Of a stretch of 31,314 nucleotides of DNA, positions 1 through 8,456 are shown in pieces. Source of the DNA: a candidate division WOR-3 bacterium. Its GTDB lineage: Bacteria; Hydrothermota; Hydrothermia; Hydrothermales; Hydrothermaceae. Where the stretch lies: NCBI GenBank assembly GCA_039803745.1, contig JBDRZD010000016.1, positions 1 through 31,314 on the forward strand. The letters run 5' to 3'. Every line of letters starts with the position of its first letter. Within the stretch, counting starts at the first letter, position 1. The notes beneath the pieces are model-generated. The model was not told the origin of the DNA, did no database searches, and saw only the letters and a list, made by a program, of their open reading frames with translations. The position numbers and the translations under genes were made by a program.

Positions 1-1719
1 AATCTTTATATCATCCTTTCTTGCAATATTCTTTTCTTTTGTTACAACAGGGAATGGATGGATAGGTAAAAGAAGATGTGAAGGCATTAAAGGTGTATGA
101 TAGACAACATTTGTTGCAATAAGAGCATTCAATGTATCATTTCTTGCAAATGGTCCTCCATGGTTTGGATTTCTTTCAAATCTTGGAAAATTTGAAGAAG
201 AAATGATTACTCTTATTCTATGTCCTGTATTAAATACATTTGCAGTGCTCCAAACATCTATTTCAAATGTATCAGGAACATGTGGAATAAGTGAGTCTTC
301 AATATCCAAACCATGTCTGTGTCTTGCCATTAGAATTCCATCGGTCATTAAATATGATTTTCCATCAGGATAAACATCTGTAACTCTTACAGAGAAATCA
401 GTATCATATCTATCAGAGGATGCAAATAAAACCATTTTTATTTTCCCTATAACAGCAACAGGATGGGTTAAAGGAGGAGTTGTATAAACAAGGACATCAG
501 GTCTTCCCTCTATAGGGTTTTGATTTCTTGGTCCATATCCACCATACATTGAATCAGGTCCCCAAGGTGGAATTCCTATATATTCCCTTCCACCAATTGT
601 CCATGTTGGAGTTAGTGGATTATACATATATGTATCAGGTGGTTCATTAGTAGTGGGCGGGATTGTGTCAAGAAGACCTCCTGCTCTTAAATAGAATTTT
701 TTATATGTTACTTGAGGAAGTGGCCATGTATCAGCAAGAACCCATCTATTCCAGTATATTGTATCTGTTGTATCAGAAACATCTCCCATCAAATAAAATC
801 TAACAGGTGGTTCATCAAATATTCCATTTGTTGTATCATCATATAAGAAATAATTGTACCACATTATAAGTCTTTCAAGTGCCCATGCTTCATCAAGTTT
901 TGCATTTGAAGGGAAAACAAGGTCTCCAACAGCATTGTTTCCGAAATCACCATGTCTCCATACACCGCAAAGTATTTTTTGCTTTTTAAATCTTTTTTGA
1001 AGTTCTGAAAATGCTTCAAATTGACCATCAGTATAGAGGTCAAACCACCCTGTTACATGATACATTGGATATGGTGCAGAATCCCATCTACTTGTCAAAT
1101 CAACCCAACTCCACATTGAATCATAATTTGGATGATTACATACAGTATCAATTAACCATGGGTTTCCAACACCATAAAGCCAAGTTTCAACAAGTGCCTT
1201 TCTGAGCTCTCCACCATGCCATGCGCAGTGATGATAAACAGAGGGAGCAGCAGCAAGTGGAGCAACGACATCAAGAGAGGGAGGAGTTGAGCCTGCACAA
1301 TAATATTGGGTCATACCAGGAGCAGAAGCACCAATCATTCCTATTTTACCATTGCATATAGAATCCCATAAGGCAATCCATTCAACAGTATCAAAGCCGT
1401 CTCTTAGAGGTCCCCATCCATCACTCATAAAAATAAGTGGTTCACCCTGCGACTCATATCTTCCCCTTAAGTTTTGAGAAATTATTACATAACCAAGATA
1501 ATCACAGGCAAATGAAAGAAGAAGGGAATCATCAATACTTCTTTCATAAGGCGTTCTTTGAAGAATTACAGGTCTTGGAAATGGATGATATTGGGGATCA
1601 GGAGCATAAACATCTGCAACAAGTAAAATGCCATCTCTCATCGGTATCCATATTGTATCCACTGTAAAGGAGGAGAGTATACCTGCACTTATTATAAGGA
1701 GCACCCATATTTTTTTCAT
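1..1719 (-). CDS. CocE/NonD family serine hydrolase with signal peptide (partial; continues beyond the left edge)
   Basis: Not in the ORF track; I translated segments by hand. ATG at 1719 follows an AAGGGGG SD. The N-terminus reads MKKIWVLLIISAGILSSFTVDTIWIPMRDGILLVADVYAP...PVILQRTPY (the PMRDG and RTPY CocE motifs). The nucleophile elbow is GKIGMIGASAPG, and the C-terminal domain has ISSSNFPRFERNPN...PSHLLLP. The segments are all in one frame that reaches position 1. Confidence 0.9.
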   Translation of the reverse strand, partial: MKKIWVLLIISAGILSSFTVDTIWIPMRDGILLVADVYAPDPQYHPFPRPVILQRTPYERSIDDSLLLSFACDYLGYVIISQNLRGRYESQGEPLIFMSDGWGPLRDGFDTVEWIALWDSICNGKIGMIGASAPGMTQYYCAGSTPPSLDVVAPLAAAPSVYHHCAWHGGELRKALVETWLYGVGNPWLIDTVCNHPNYDSMWSWVDLTSRWDSAPYPMYHVTGWFDLYTDGQFEAFSELQKRFKKQKILCGVWRHGDFGNNAVGDLVFPSNAKLDEAWALERLIMWYNYFLYDDTTNGIFDEPPVRFYLMGDVSDTTDTIYWNRWVLADTWPLPQVTYKKFYLRAGGLLDTIPPTTNEPPDTYMYNPLTPTWTIGGREYIGIPPWGPDSMYGGYGPRNQNPIEGRPDVLVYTTPPLTHPVAVIGKIKMVLFASSDRYDTDFSVRVTDVYPDGKSYLMTDGILMARHRHGLDIEDSLIPHVPDTFEIDVWSTANVFNTGHRIRVIISSSNFPRFERNPNHGGPFARNDTLNALIATNVVYHTPLMPSHLLLPIHPFPVVTKEKNIARKDDIKI

Positions 1720-1750
1720 ATAACCCCCTTGCTTAAATTTAAACATCCTT

Positions 1751-1780
1751 ATTATAAAGATAAAAAAATTTTTCTTTCAA
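1751..1780 (-). promoter_or_regulatory. Putative housekeeping-sigma promoter for the CocE gene
   Basis: Minus strand TTGAAA (1780-1775), 18 nt, TATAAT (1756-1751), about 30 nt upstream of ATG 1719. Confidence 0.6.
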
Positions 1781-2432
1781 ATTTATTTCCAAAAAATATT
1801 CTTTTACCTTTTGAAAGAATTAAAATTCTATCAGATAATTCCTCTGCAATTTCTTTTTCATGAGTGGAAAATATTATTGATCTTTTATTATTTTTAAATT
1901 CTAAAAATTTTTTAATTATTATTTTTTTTCCATTCTCATCAATTGCAGTGAATGGTTCATCAAGCACTAAAATTTCAGGTTCATTTAAAAACGCTCTTAT
2001 AAAACCTGCTTTTTGAATTTCTCCTCTTGAAAGATTTTTAACCTTCTCATTTAATTTATGTTCTATTAAAAATTCAGAGGAAATTTTTTCAATTTTTTTA
2101 AAGGGTTTTTCTATTCCGATTATTCTTGCAATTATATATAAATTTTCATAAAGGGTAAGTTCTGGATAAAAGAGAGGTTCATGAAATAAAAACCCAATTT
2201 TTGAATAAACATCCCTTTCTTTAAAGGGATCTTTACCAAATATTCTTATATTTCCTTTTAAAGGTTTTATAATTCCTGCAATTATCTTTATAAGTGTTGA
2301 TTTACCCGAACCATTTTCTCCAAGAATACACAATATTTCCCCTTTTCTTAAATAAAAAGAAACATCATCTAATGCTTTAATATTTCCAAAATTTTTTGAA
2401 ATGTTTTCTACTTCTATTATCTTCTCTTCCAT
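1752..2432 (-). CDS. ABC transporter ATP-binding protein (CcmA/DrrA-like)
   Basis: Walker A GENGSGKST, signature LSRGE, Walker B ILVLDEP, H-loop STH. Confidence 0.9.
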   Translation of the reverse strand: MEEKIIEVENISKNFGNIKALDDVSFYLRKGEILCILGENGSGKSTLIKIIAGIIKPLKGNIRIFGKDPFKERDVYSKIGFLFHEPLFYPELTLYENLYIIARIIGIEKPFKKIEKISSEFLIEHKLNEKVKNLSRGEIQKAGFIRAFLNEPEILVLDEPFTAIDENGKKIIIKKFLEFKNNKRSIIFSTHEKEIAEELSDRILILSKGKRIFFGNKFERKIFLSL

Positions 2433-3250
2433 TTAAAAATTAAGAAAATCCCTATAAATATTATAACAATTAAAACTGGCACTATATCTTTTAAATAATT
2501 TCCCCTTTTGATTTTTACCTTAAAATAAATCATTTCGTTTTCTTTTATCTCTTTTAATTTAAACCTTAAATATTTTTTACCTGCGGTTTCATAATTTTCT
2601 CCATCTTTTATACCCTCAATTTTTAGATTTTCTGATAAAAAAATTTCAAACAAATCTATTTTAAAAGGTAAAACTCTTTGATATTCAAGGTCTCCTTTTA
2701 TATAATACTCAAAAGATAAAATTTCTTCAGGAGGAGAAATGGGAAAGTGGTATAATAGTTTGTTTTTTAAAATTATAACTTCATTGGGAAAAAGTCCTGT
2801 AAAAGGTAAAAAATTTTCAATTCCTTCTGGAAGATTTATTTCAAAGGGTTTAAAAAATGCATAATTTTCATCATTTTTAAATGTTATAACTTCTATAACT
2901 GAAATTTTGTTATTTTCTTTTAAAATTGCCATATGGACTCTTGAAATTTTTACTATTTTTTCATCACTCTTTGTTTCCCATATATTAAAATTTAAAGAGG
3001 TGTCCTTATTTATAGAAATAATATTTCTAAAAATTACATCCTTATAAAACACTTTTACTAAATAAACTCCTTCTTTTAGATCAAATTTAAATTCACCATT
3101 TTTAGAAAACAGGGAATCCACAGGAGTTAATCTTTCTTGTGATATATTAAAAATAAAAATTTTTACATTCCCTTGATTTTTTTTGAAAGTCTGGTTTATA
3201 ACATTTCCTTTAATTAAATAAAAAGATAAAAAAAGAATTAATATCTTCAA
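2417..3250 (-). CDS. Hypothetical exported protein with beta-rich domains (N-terminal carboxypeptidase-regulatory-like) and a C-terminal TM anchor
   Basis: Short N-terminal hydrophobic leader, GEFKFDLKEGVYLVKV beta-sandwich-like pattern, and C-terminal IVPVLIVIIFIGIFLIF-KWKRR. Overlaps both neighbours. Confidence 0.6.
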   Translation of the reverse strand: MKILILFLSFYLIKGNVINQTFKKNQGNVKIFIFNISQERLTPVDSLFSKNGEFKFDLKEGVYLVKVFYKDVIFRNIISINKDTSLNFNIWETKSDEKIVKISRVHMAILKENNKISVIEVITFKNDENYAFFKPFEINLPEGIENFLPFTGLFPNEVIILKNKLLYHFPISPPEEILSFEYYIKGDLEYQRVLPFKIDLFEIFLSENLKIEGIKDGENYETAGKKYLRFKLKEIKENEMIYFKVKIKRGNYLKDIVPVLIVIIFIGIFLIFKWKRR

Positions 3251-3942
3251 ATTTCCTCTTTCTTAATCTTTGGATTTTTCCCCGTAAAGCAAAATTCAAC
3301 AAATGCTTCATATGTCCATGGCATTTTCTCTTTGAATATTTCAGCAATTATTTCTGCATACTGTCTTATTTCCCATTGAGCATGAATATCTGCTCTTAAA
3401 TTTATAAAATTCATTAAAGACCTTGCATTTACTGTCCAGTAAAATTCTGTATATGTGCTTAAAGGCAGGATAATTCTTGCAAGTTCTTTTGCAACCCCCT
3501 TTTCAAGCAATTTTTTATAAAATTCAAAAACCCTTTCTTGCAATTCCTTTATTTCCTTTAAAATTTCCTTTTCCCCTTCAATTTCAATAAATTCACTTGA
3601 TTGTTTATCCTTTTCGCTCTGTCCTCTCAATTTTTCAGGAACATAATATTCATCAGGATATTCTGTATATCTTCCAGATATTTCATTGTAAGAAGCCCAT
3701 CTGTGCCTGAACCATTGCCTTGCAACAAATATTGGACATTTTATATGAAATTTAAAAACTGAATGTTCAAAGGGTGTTAAATGCTGATTCTTTAAAAGAT
3801 ATCTTATAAGTTTCTTATCCTTTTCTTCTCCTTTAAGTCCTTCACCATGGGAAACCCTTGCTGCCTGAACCACTGCATTATCTCCTCCTAAAAAGTCAAT
3901 CAACCTTACAAAGCCCTTATCAAGAACTTTATATTCTTTCAT
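3247..3942 (-). CDS. thyX: FAD-dependent thymidylate synthase
   Basis: VLDKGFVRL, AARVS, HLTPFEH, the ThyX motif ARQWFRHRWASYNEISGRY, and HAQWEIR. Confidence 0.97.
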   Translation of the reverse strand: MKEYKVLDKGFVRLIDFLGGDNAVVQAARVSHGEGLKGEEKDKKLIRYLLKNQHLTPFEHSVFKFHIKCPIFVARQWFRHRWASYNEISGRYTEYPDEYYVPEKLRGQSEKDKQSSEFIEIEGEKEILKEIKELQERVFEFYKKLLEKGVAKELARIILPLSTYTEFYWTVNARSLMNFINLRADIHAQWEIRQYAEIIAEIFKEKMPWTYEAFVEFCFTGKNPKIKKEEI

Positions 3943-4496
3943 AATTTTTCTTCAATTTTTTCAACAATTATATGCCATAAAATCATATAAACTTCTTGAA
4001 TTATTTCTTTTTGAGAAGTTGGCAATTTTATAACAAAATCGCAAAATTCTTCATTTATAGGGGAATTTTCACCTGTAAAATATATTATTTTTAAACCGAT
4101 TTCCTTTGCCTTTAAAATTGCTTTAGAAACATTCTTTGATTTTCCAGAAGTTGAAAATATGATTAATATATCGTCCTTTTTACCAATTGCTTCAATCTGT
4201 TTTGAAAAAATTTCCTCAAAACCATAATCATTTGCAATTGCAGTTATTACTGCTGCATCTATTCCTATATTTATTGCAGGAATCGGTTTTTTAGTTTTAT
4301 CCTTTATCTTCCCGATAAATTCAGCTGCTATATGAGAGGAATCAGAAGCACTTCCACCATTTCCGCATAGAACTATTTTTGCCCCTTTTTTAATATGAGA
4401 ATATACAAGTTCAATTATTTTTTTAATCAATTCTTCATTTTCGCAGACTTTATGTAAAACTTCAATTCTTTCCTTTATTTTTTCTCTAAAATTCAT
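3939..4496 (-). CDS. gmhA: SIS-domain sedoheptulose-7-phosphate isomerase (GmhA/DiaA family)
   Basis: CGNGGSASDSSHIAAEF, TAIANDYGF, STSGKSKNV, IQE...H. Confidence 0.85.
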   Translation of the reverse strand: MNFREKIKERIEVLHKVCENEELIKKIIELVYSHIKKGAKIVLCGNGGSASDSSHIAAEFIGKIKDKTKKPIPAINIGIDAAVITAIANDYGFEEIFSKQIEAIGKKDDILIIFSTSGKSKNVSKAILKAKEIGLKIIYFTGENSPINEEFCDFVIKLPTSQKEIIQEVYMILWHIIVEKIEEKL

Positions 4497-5464
4497 TTTT
4501 TAATTAAAAAAATTAAATAACTTTCACCCATTATTTCAGGTAAAATAAGTGTTTTAATTTCTCCAAGTTTTTTAATTTTAAAGTATAAATCATCTTTATT
4601 TAAAATTTCCTTTTCAGAAATTTCAAGTATTCCTTCTTCTATTAAAAATTTTGAAAGGGAAGAAATTCTTTCTATTTCAAATCCATTTTTTACAAAAAGT
4701 TCTTTTAAAAAGGAAAAGTCAGGAGTATAGGTGATATCAATTTCCCCAATTTCATAATTAAGAATATTTTTTATAAGTTTATGCTTTTTAAAACCCCTTA
4801 TTGTTCCTTCCGGATAATTTATCAAATCGTTTTTAAAAACCCCATAATCTATAAAAAGTATTTTACCCCGGATAAACTTTTTTAAAAACTTTTTAAACCA
4901 TTTCATAAAAGAATAGGGAAATTCAAAAAAATACCCATCCGGTAAAAATTCATAATATTTTAAAAATTTAAAATTTGCTTTTTTAAAAATTTCTTTTTTT
5001 TCTTTAATATCAACCCATACTTCAAAAAATCCTTTATTCTTGAGAAATCTCTTACACGGGAAAGAATCAATAAATTCAACCATAATAAAAAAACCTTCCA
5101 TCTCTTTTATTTCATCTATACTTTTTAAAATAATAACTTTTTCTTCAAAACTTTTTAATTTTTCCTTTATTGTTTTTCTATTATTTTCACTGATTTCAAA
5201 TATATAATATTTTTCAATTTCGGAATTTGAAGAAAGGATATCAAAGGCTAAAGAACCATCACCACCCCCAAATTCATAAACATTTTTAAATTCATGTTTT
5301 TTTAAAAAATTTGCTATTACTTCCCCAAAAAATTTTGAAACTGTTTGCGGAGTAAAAAAATCACCTTCTTTTCCAAATATTTTTTTATTTTTAATATAAT
5401 AGCCAATTTTTTTATCATATAAACATATTTCCATGTATTTATCAAAAGGCATCACCCTTTTCAT
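4493..5464 (-). CDS. SAM-dependent methyltransferase, MidA/NDUFAF7 family
   Basis: PFDKYMEICLY...GYY, FGKEGDFFTP, motif I EFGGGDG, EFIDSFP, FIDYG, GEIDIT. Confidence 0.88.
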   Translation of the reverse strand: MKRVMPFDKYMEICLYDKKIGYYIKNKKIFGKEGDFFTPQTVSKFFGEVIANFLKKHEFKNVYEFGGGDGSLAFDILSSNSEIEKYYIFEISENNRKTIKEKLKSFEEKVIILKSIDEIKEMEGFFIMVEFIDSFPCKRFLKNKGFFEVWVDIKEKKEIFKKANFKFLKYYEFLPDGYFFEFPYSFMKWFKKFLKKFIRGKILFIDYGVFKNDLINYPEGTIRGFKKHKLIKNILNYEIGEIDITYTPDFSFLKELFVKNGFEIERISSLSKFLIEEGILEISEKEILNKDDLYFKIKKLGEIKTLILPEIMGESYLIFLIKK

Positions 5465-5473
5465 AATAATTTA

Positions 5474-5503
5474 ATTTTATTGAAAAATACAGTAGATTTT
5501 CAT
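5474..5503 (-). promoter_or_regulatory. Putative promoter for the MidA-like operon (probably leaderless or very short leader)
   Basis: Minus strand ATGAAA (5503-5498), 18 nt, TAAAAT (5479-5474). ATG at 5464 is 9 nt downstream and has no SD. Confidence 0.45.
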
Positions 5504-5509
5504 TAATAT
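5480..5509 (+). promoter_or_regulatory. Putative promoter for rpmF-plsX
   Basis: TTGAAA (5480-5485), 18 nt, TAATAT (5504-5509), then SD AAGGAGG at 5521-5527. Confidence 0.55.
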
Positions 5510-5531
5510 TTAAAACTTTTAAGGAGGTAAT

Positions 5532-5723
5532 ATGCCAGTTCCAAAAAGAAGACATTCAAAAGCAAGGGGTAGGAAGAGGAGAACCCACTGGAAGATAAAA
5601 CTTTCTGGTTTTTCAACATGTCCAAGATGTGGCAATTTTAAATTGCCCCATAGGGTATGCACCTTTTGTGGATATTATAAAGAAATGCCCGTGATTGAGA
5701 TTGTTGAGAAAAAGAAGGAATAA
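5532..5723 (+). CDS. rpmF: 50S ribosomal protein L32 (zinc-ribbon form)
   Basis: MPVPKRRHSKARGRKRRTHW, CPRC...HRVCTFCGYY, strong SD, and position directly upstream of plsX. Confidence 0.98.
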   Translation: MPVPKRRHSKARGRKRRTHWKIKLSGFSTCPRCGNFKLPHRVCTFCGYYKEMPVIEIVEKKKE

Positions 5724-6725
5724 ATGTATAAGGCTATAGTTGATGGTGCAGGAAGTGAAAAACATCCCTTTCCTGAGATTGAGGGTTCTTTAAGAGCAAT
5801 AAATGAAAGAAAAGATTTAGAAATAATTTTTTTAGCCTCAAAAGAAGATAAAGATAAGATTCCGAAAAAATTGTCTGAAAAGATAAAAATAATTTATACT
5901 GAGGAAAAAGTAAGTTTTCATGATAAACCTTCACAGGCGCTTATAACAAAGAAAAATTCAACAATGAGTATAGGACTTGAAATGGTTTCAAAGGGTGAAG
6001 GTGATTTTTTCATATCTGCTGGTAATACAGGTGCAGTTGTTGCTTTTGCATTAAAACACCTTGGAAAAATAAAAGGAGTTAAAAGACCTGCAATATGCGC
6101 TTTATTCCCTTCTTTAAAGGGTTTTGTTGCTGTCCTTGATGTAGGTGCGAATGTTGATTCAAAACCAATCTATCTTTTTCAATTTGGAATAATGGGTTAT
6201 TTTTTTGCAAAGTATATATTAAATAAAGAAAAACCAAAGGTTGCATTGCTTTCAATAGGTGAAGAGGAAATTAAGGGAAATGAACTTGTTTTAAAAGCAA
6301 AAGAATTATTTGAACAGAATAATTTACCCGGATTCATAGGATTTGTTGAAGGAAAGGATATATGCAAAGGAACAGCTGATGTAATTATTACAGATGGATT
6401 TGTGGGAAACTCTATACTCAAATTTGGTGAAGGACTTTTAGAAGCTGCTGCAAGTGTATTTATGGAGGAAGTAAGAAAAAGCATAGTTAATAAGTTTGGA
6501 ATATTTGTTTTAAAAAGAAGTATAAAAAAACTTTTAAAAAAGTTTCATTATGAAAGTTTTGGAGGTGCTCCATTACTTGGTATTAATGGGACAGTTATAA
6601 TATGCCATGGAAGGAGTTCAGCCAATGCTATTAAAAATGCAATATTTGAGGGAATTAAATTTAAAAAAGAAGAACTTAATAAAAAAATTGAAGAAAATTT
6701 ATTGAAATTTTCCCATCTATTTTAA
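5724..6725 (+). CDS. plsX: Phosphate acyltransferase
   Basis: SAGNTGA, GVKRPA, LDVGANVD, IGEEEIKGN, DGFVGN, GGAPLLG, CHGRS; canonical rpmF-plsX synteny. Confidence 0.97.
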   Translation: MYKAIVDGAGSEKHPFPEIEGSLRAINERKDLEIIFLASKEDKDKIPKKLSEKIKIIYTEEKVSFHDKPSQALITKKNSTMSIGLEMVSKGEGDFFISAGNTGAVVAFALKHLGKIKGVKRPAICALFPSLKGFVAVLDVGANVDSKPIYLFQFGIMGYFFAKYILNKEKPKVALLSIGEEEIKGNELVLKAKELFEQNNLPGFIGFVEGKDICKGTADVIITDGFVGNSILKFGEGLLEAAASVFMEEVRKSIVNKFGIFVLKRSIKKLLKKFHYESFGGAPLLGINGTVIICHGRSSANAIKNAIFEGIKFKKEELNKKIEENLLKFSHLF

Positions 6726-6731
6726 TATAAT
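6702..6731 (+). promoter_or_regulatory. Putative promoter for the tRNA pair
   Basis: TTGAAA (6702-6707), 18 nt, TATAAT (6726-6731), 13 nt before tRNA-Glu. Confidence 0.65.
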
Positions 6732-6744
6732 TAAAAACTTTAAT

Positions 6745-6819
6745 GGCGCCATCGTCTAGCCAGGCCAAGGACGTGTGGTTCTCAGCCACAAGACCCGGGT
6801 TCAAATCCCGGTGGCGCTA
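6745..6819 (+). tRNA. tRNA-Glu (anticodon CTC), CCA not encoded
   Basis: Acceptor GGCGCCA/TGGCGCT, anticodon arm TGTGG-TT CTC AG-CCACA (CTC 6781-6783), T arm CCGGG-TTCAAAT-CCCGG, discriminator A6819. Confidence 0.95.
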
Positions 6820-6820
6820 T

Positions 6821-6892
6821 TGGGGGGTGGTGTAATTGGCAACACGCCTGGCTCTGGACCAGGTAATCGGGGTTCGAGTCCCTGCCCCCCAG
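6821..6892 (+). tRNA. tRNA-Gln (anticodon CTG), CCA not encoded
   Basis: Acceptor TGGGGGG/CCCCCCA, D arm GTGT/ACAC, anticodon arm CCTGG-CT CTG GA-CCAGG (CTG 6854-6856), T arm CGGGG-TTCGAGT-CCCTG, discriminator G6892. Confidence 0.95.
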
Positions 6893-6893
6893 T

Positions 6894-6920
6894 GGAACTT
6901 TAAAACATTTTGATTCGTCT
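6894..6920 (+). promoter_or_regulatory. Putative ECF (sigmaE-like) promoter for degP
   Basis: GGAACTT at 6894-6900 and CGTCT at 6916-6920 (GGAAC-N17-CGTC), upstream of SD AAGGAGG and the degP ATG. Confidence 0.55.
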
Positions 6921-6947
6921 TTAATATTTAAATTAAGGAGGTGAAAG

Positions 6948-8456
6948 ATGAAGAGAGTTTATATTCTTCTTTCAGGTAGCCTTATATTTTTTGTTGGAAT
7001 TTTAATAGGTTTTATAATGACTGCTAAACTTAAAATAGATACGAAGGCTTATGCAGAAAATCCGATAAAGGAAATCAGAAAAGAAGAGATAAAATTTGAT
7101 TCAAAAAATCCTTTTGCAAAGATAGCACAGGAAGTTATTCCTGGAGTCGTAAATATAAAGGCAACCAAAAAAGTGAAAAGAAGTATTGAGTTTTTCTTCC
7201 CCTTTGAAGACCCGTTCTTTAAAAAATTCTTTAGAGAATTTATACCGGAGCATCCCCAGGAATACGAGACAGAAGTTCTTGGTTCAGGATTCATATTTCA
7301 AAAAGAAAATGATACTTATTATCTTCTTACAAACTATCATGTGATAAAGGATGTTAATGATATAATAATAACTTTATGGGATAAAAGGGAATTTAAAGGG
7401 AAGGAAGTGAAAATAATTGGAAAAGATAAATTAACCGATGTTGCTGTTTTATCCGTTAAAACAAAGGAAGATTTAAAGGTTTTAAAATTGGGTGATTCAG
7501 ATAAAATAAATGTGGGTGATTGGGCAATAGCAGTTGGTAATCCTTTTGGTTTTAATGGAACTGTGACAGTTGGGGTGATTTCTGCGCTTGGCAGGTCACA
7601 CCTTCAATTTGGTGAGGAAGAAGGTCCTGTATTTCAGAATTTTATACAGACTGATGCAGCAATAAATCCCGGGAATTCCGGCGGTCCTCTTTTAAATATT
7701 GAAGGAGAAGTTATTGGAATAAATTCTGCAATATTTTCAACAATGGTTAGAGGGAATATAGGGATAGGTTTTGCAATTCCAATAAATACTGCAAAGAATG
7801 TTGCAAAGCAGTTGATTGAAAAAGGCGAGGTAAGAAGGGGTTATCTTGGTGTAAAGATTCAGGAAGTGGATGCTGACCTTGCAAAGGCATATGGACTTGA
7901 AAAACCAATTGGAGCACTTGTAACAGAAGTTGTTAAAGGGGAAGCAGCTGATAAGGCAGGTGTTAAAGAAGGAGAAATCATAATAAAAGTTAATGATGAA
8001 GAGGTTAAAAATGTTGAAGATTTAAGATTGAAGATAATAAGTCATTTCCCAGGGGAGGTTGTTAAACTTACATTAATAAATGAGGATGGCAAAAAAAGAG
8101 AGGTTAATGTAAAACTTGGTGAATTGAAAGAAGAAATGTTTACAAAAGGTGAAGAAGAAAGCAAAGAGGTTTCCGGATGGCTTGGAATCGAAGTGAAAGA
8201 ATTAACAAAAAATTTGAAGGAAGAGTATAATATAAAGGGTGAAAAGGGAGTTGTTATAGTGAATATTGATCCAGAAGGAAGCGCCTATAAAGCAGGTTTA
8301 AGGGAAGGAGATTTGATTTATAGGATAGGTAAAATTAATATAAATGATATTAAAGATTATGAAAGGGCAAGAAAACTTTATGAAAAGGAAAATAAACCAA
8401 TTCCATTCCATATTGAAAGGCAGGGAAACAAAAGGATTATAGCAATTTCGCCTTAA
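6948..8456 (+). CDS. degP: Do/DegQ family periplasmic serine endopeptidase (HtrA) with two PDZ domains
   Basis: N-terminal hydrophobic anchor or signal, LGSGF, TNYHV (His), TDVAV (Asp), QTDAAINPGNSGGPL (Ser), and the PDZ starts RGYLGV and GWLGI. Confidence 0.95.
   Translation: MKRVYILLSGSLIFFVGILIGFIMTAKLKIDTKAYAENPIKEIRKEEIKFDSKNPFAKIAQEVIPGVVNIKATKKVKRSIEFFFPFEDPFFKKFFREFIPEHPQEYETEVLGSGFIFQKENDTYYLLTNYHVIKDVNDIIITLWDKREFKGKEVKIIGKDKLTDVAVLSVKTKEDLKVLKLGDSDKINVGDWAIAVGNPFGFNGTVTVGVISALGRSHLQFGEEEGPVFQNFIQTDAAINPGNSGGPLLNIEGEVIGINSAIFSTMVRGNIGIGFAIPINTAKNVAKQLIEKGEVRRGYLGVKIQEVDADLAKAYGLEKPIGALVTEVVKGEAADKAGVKEGEIIIKVNDEEVKNVEDLRLKIISHFPGEVVKLTLINEDGKKREVNVKLGELKEEMFTKGEEESKEVSGWLGIEVKELTKNLKEEYNIKGEKGVVIVNIDPEGSAYKAGLREGDLIYRIGKININDIKDYERARKLYEKENKPIPFHIERQGNKRIIAISP

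Noticed and set aside
1011..1667. Plus-strand ORFs 1011-1205 and 1437-1667
   Set aside because: Antisense shadows of the CocE/NonD gene, with no motifs or SD.
4493..5464. Functional link between the MidA/NDUFAF7-like methyltransferase and the nuoIJK-like genes
   Set aside because: They are about 17 kb apart in different operons, and the known NDUFAF7 target (the NuoD homologue) is not in the window.
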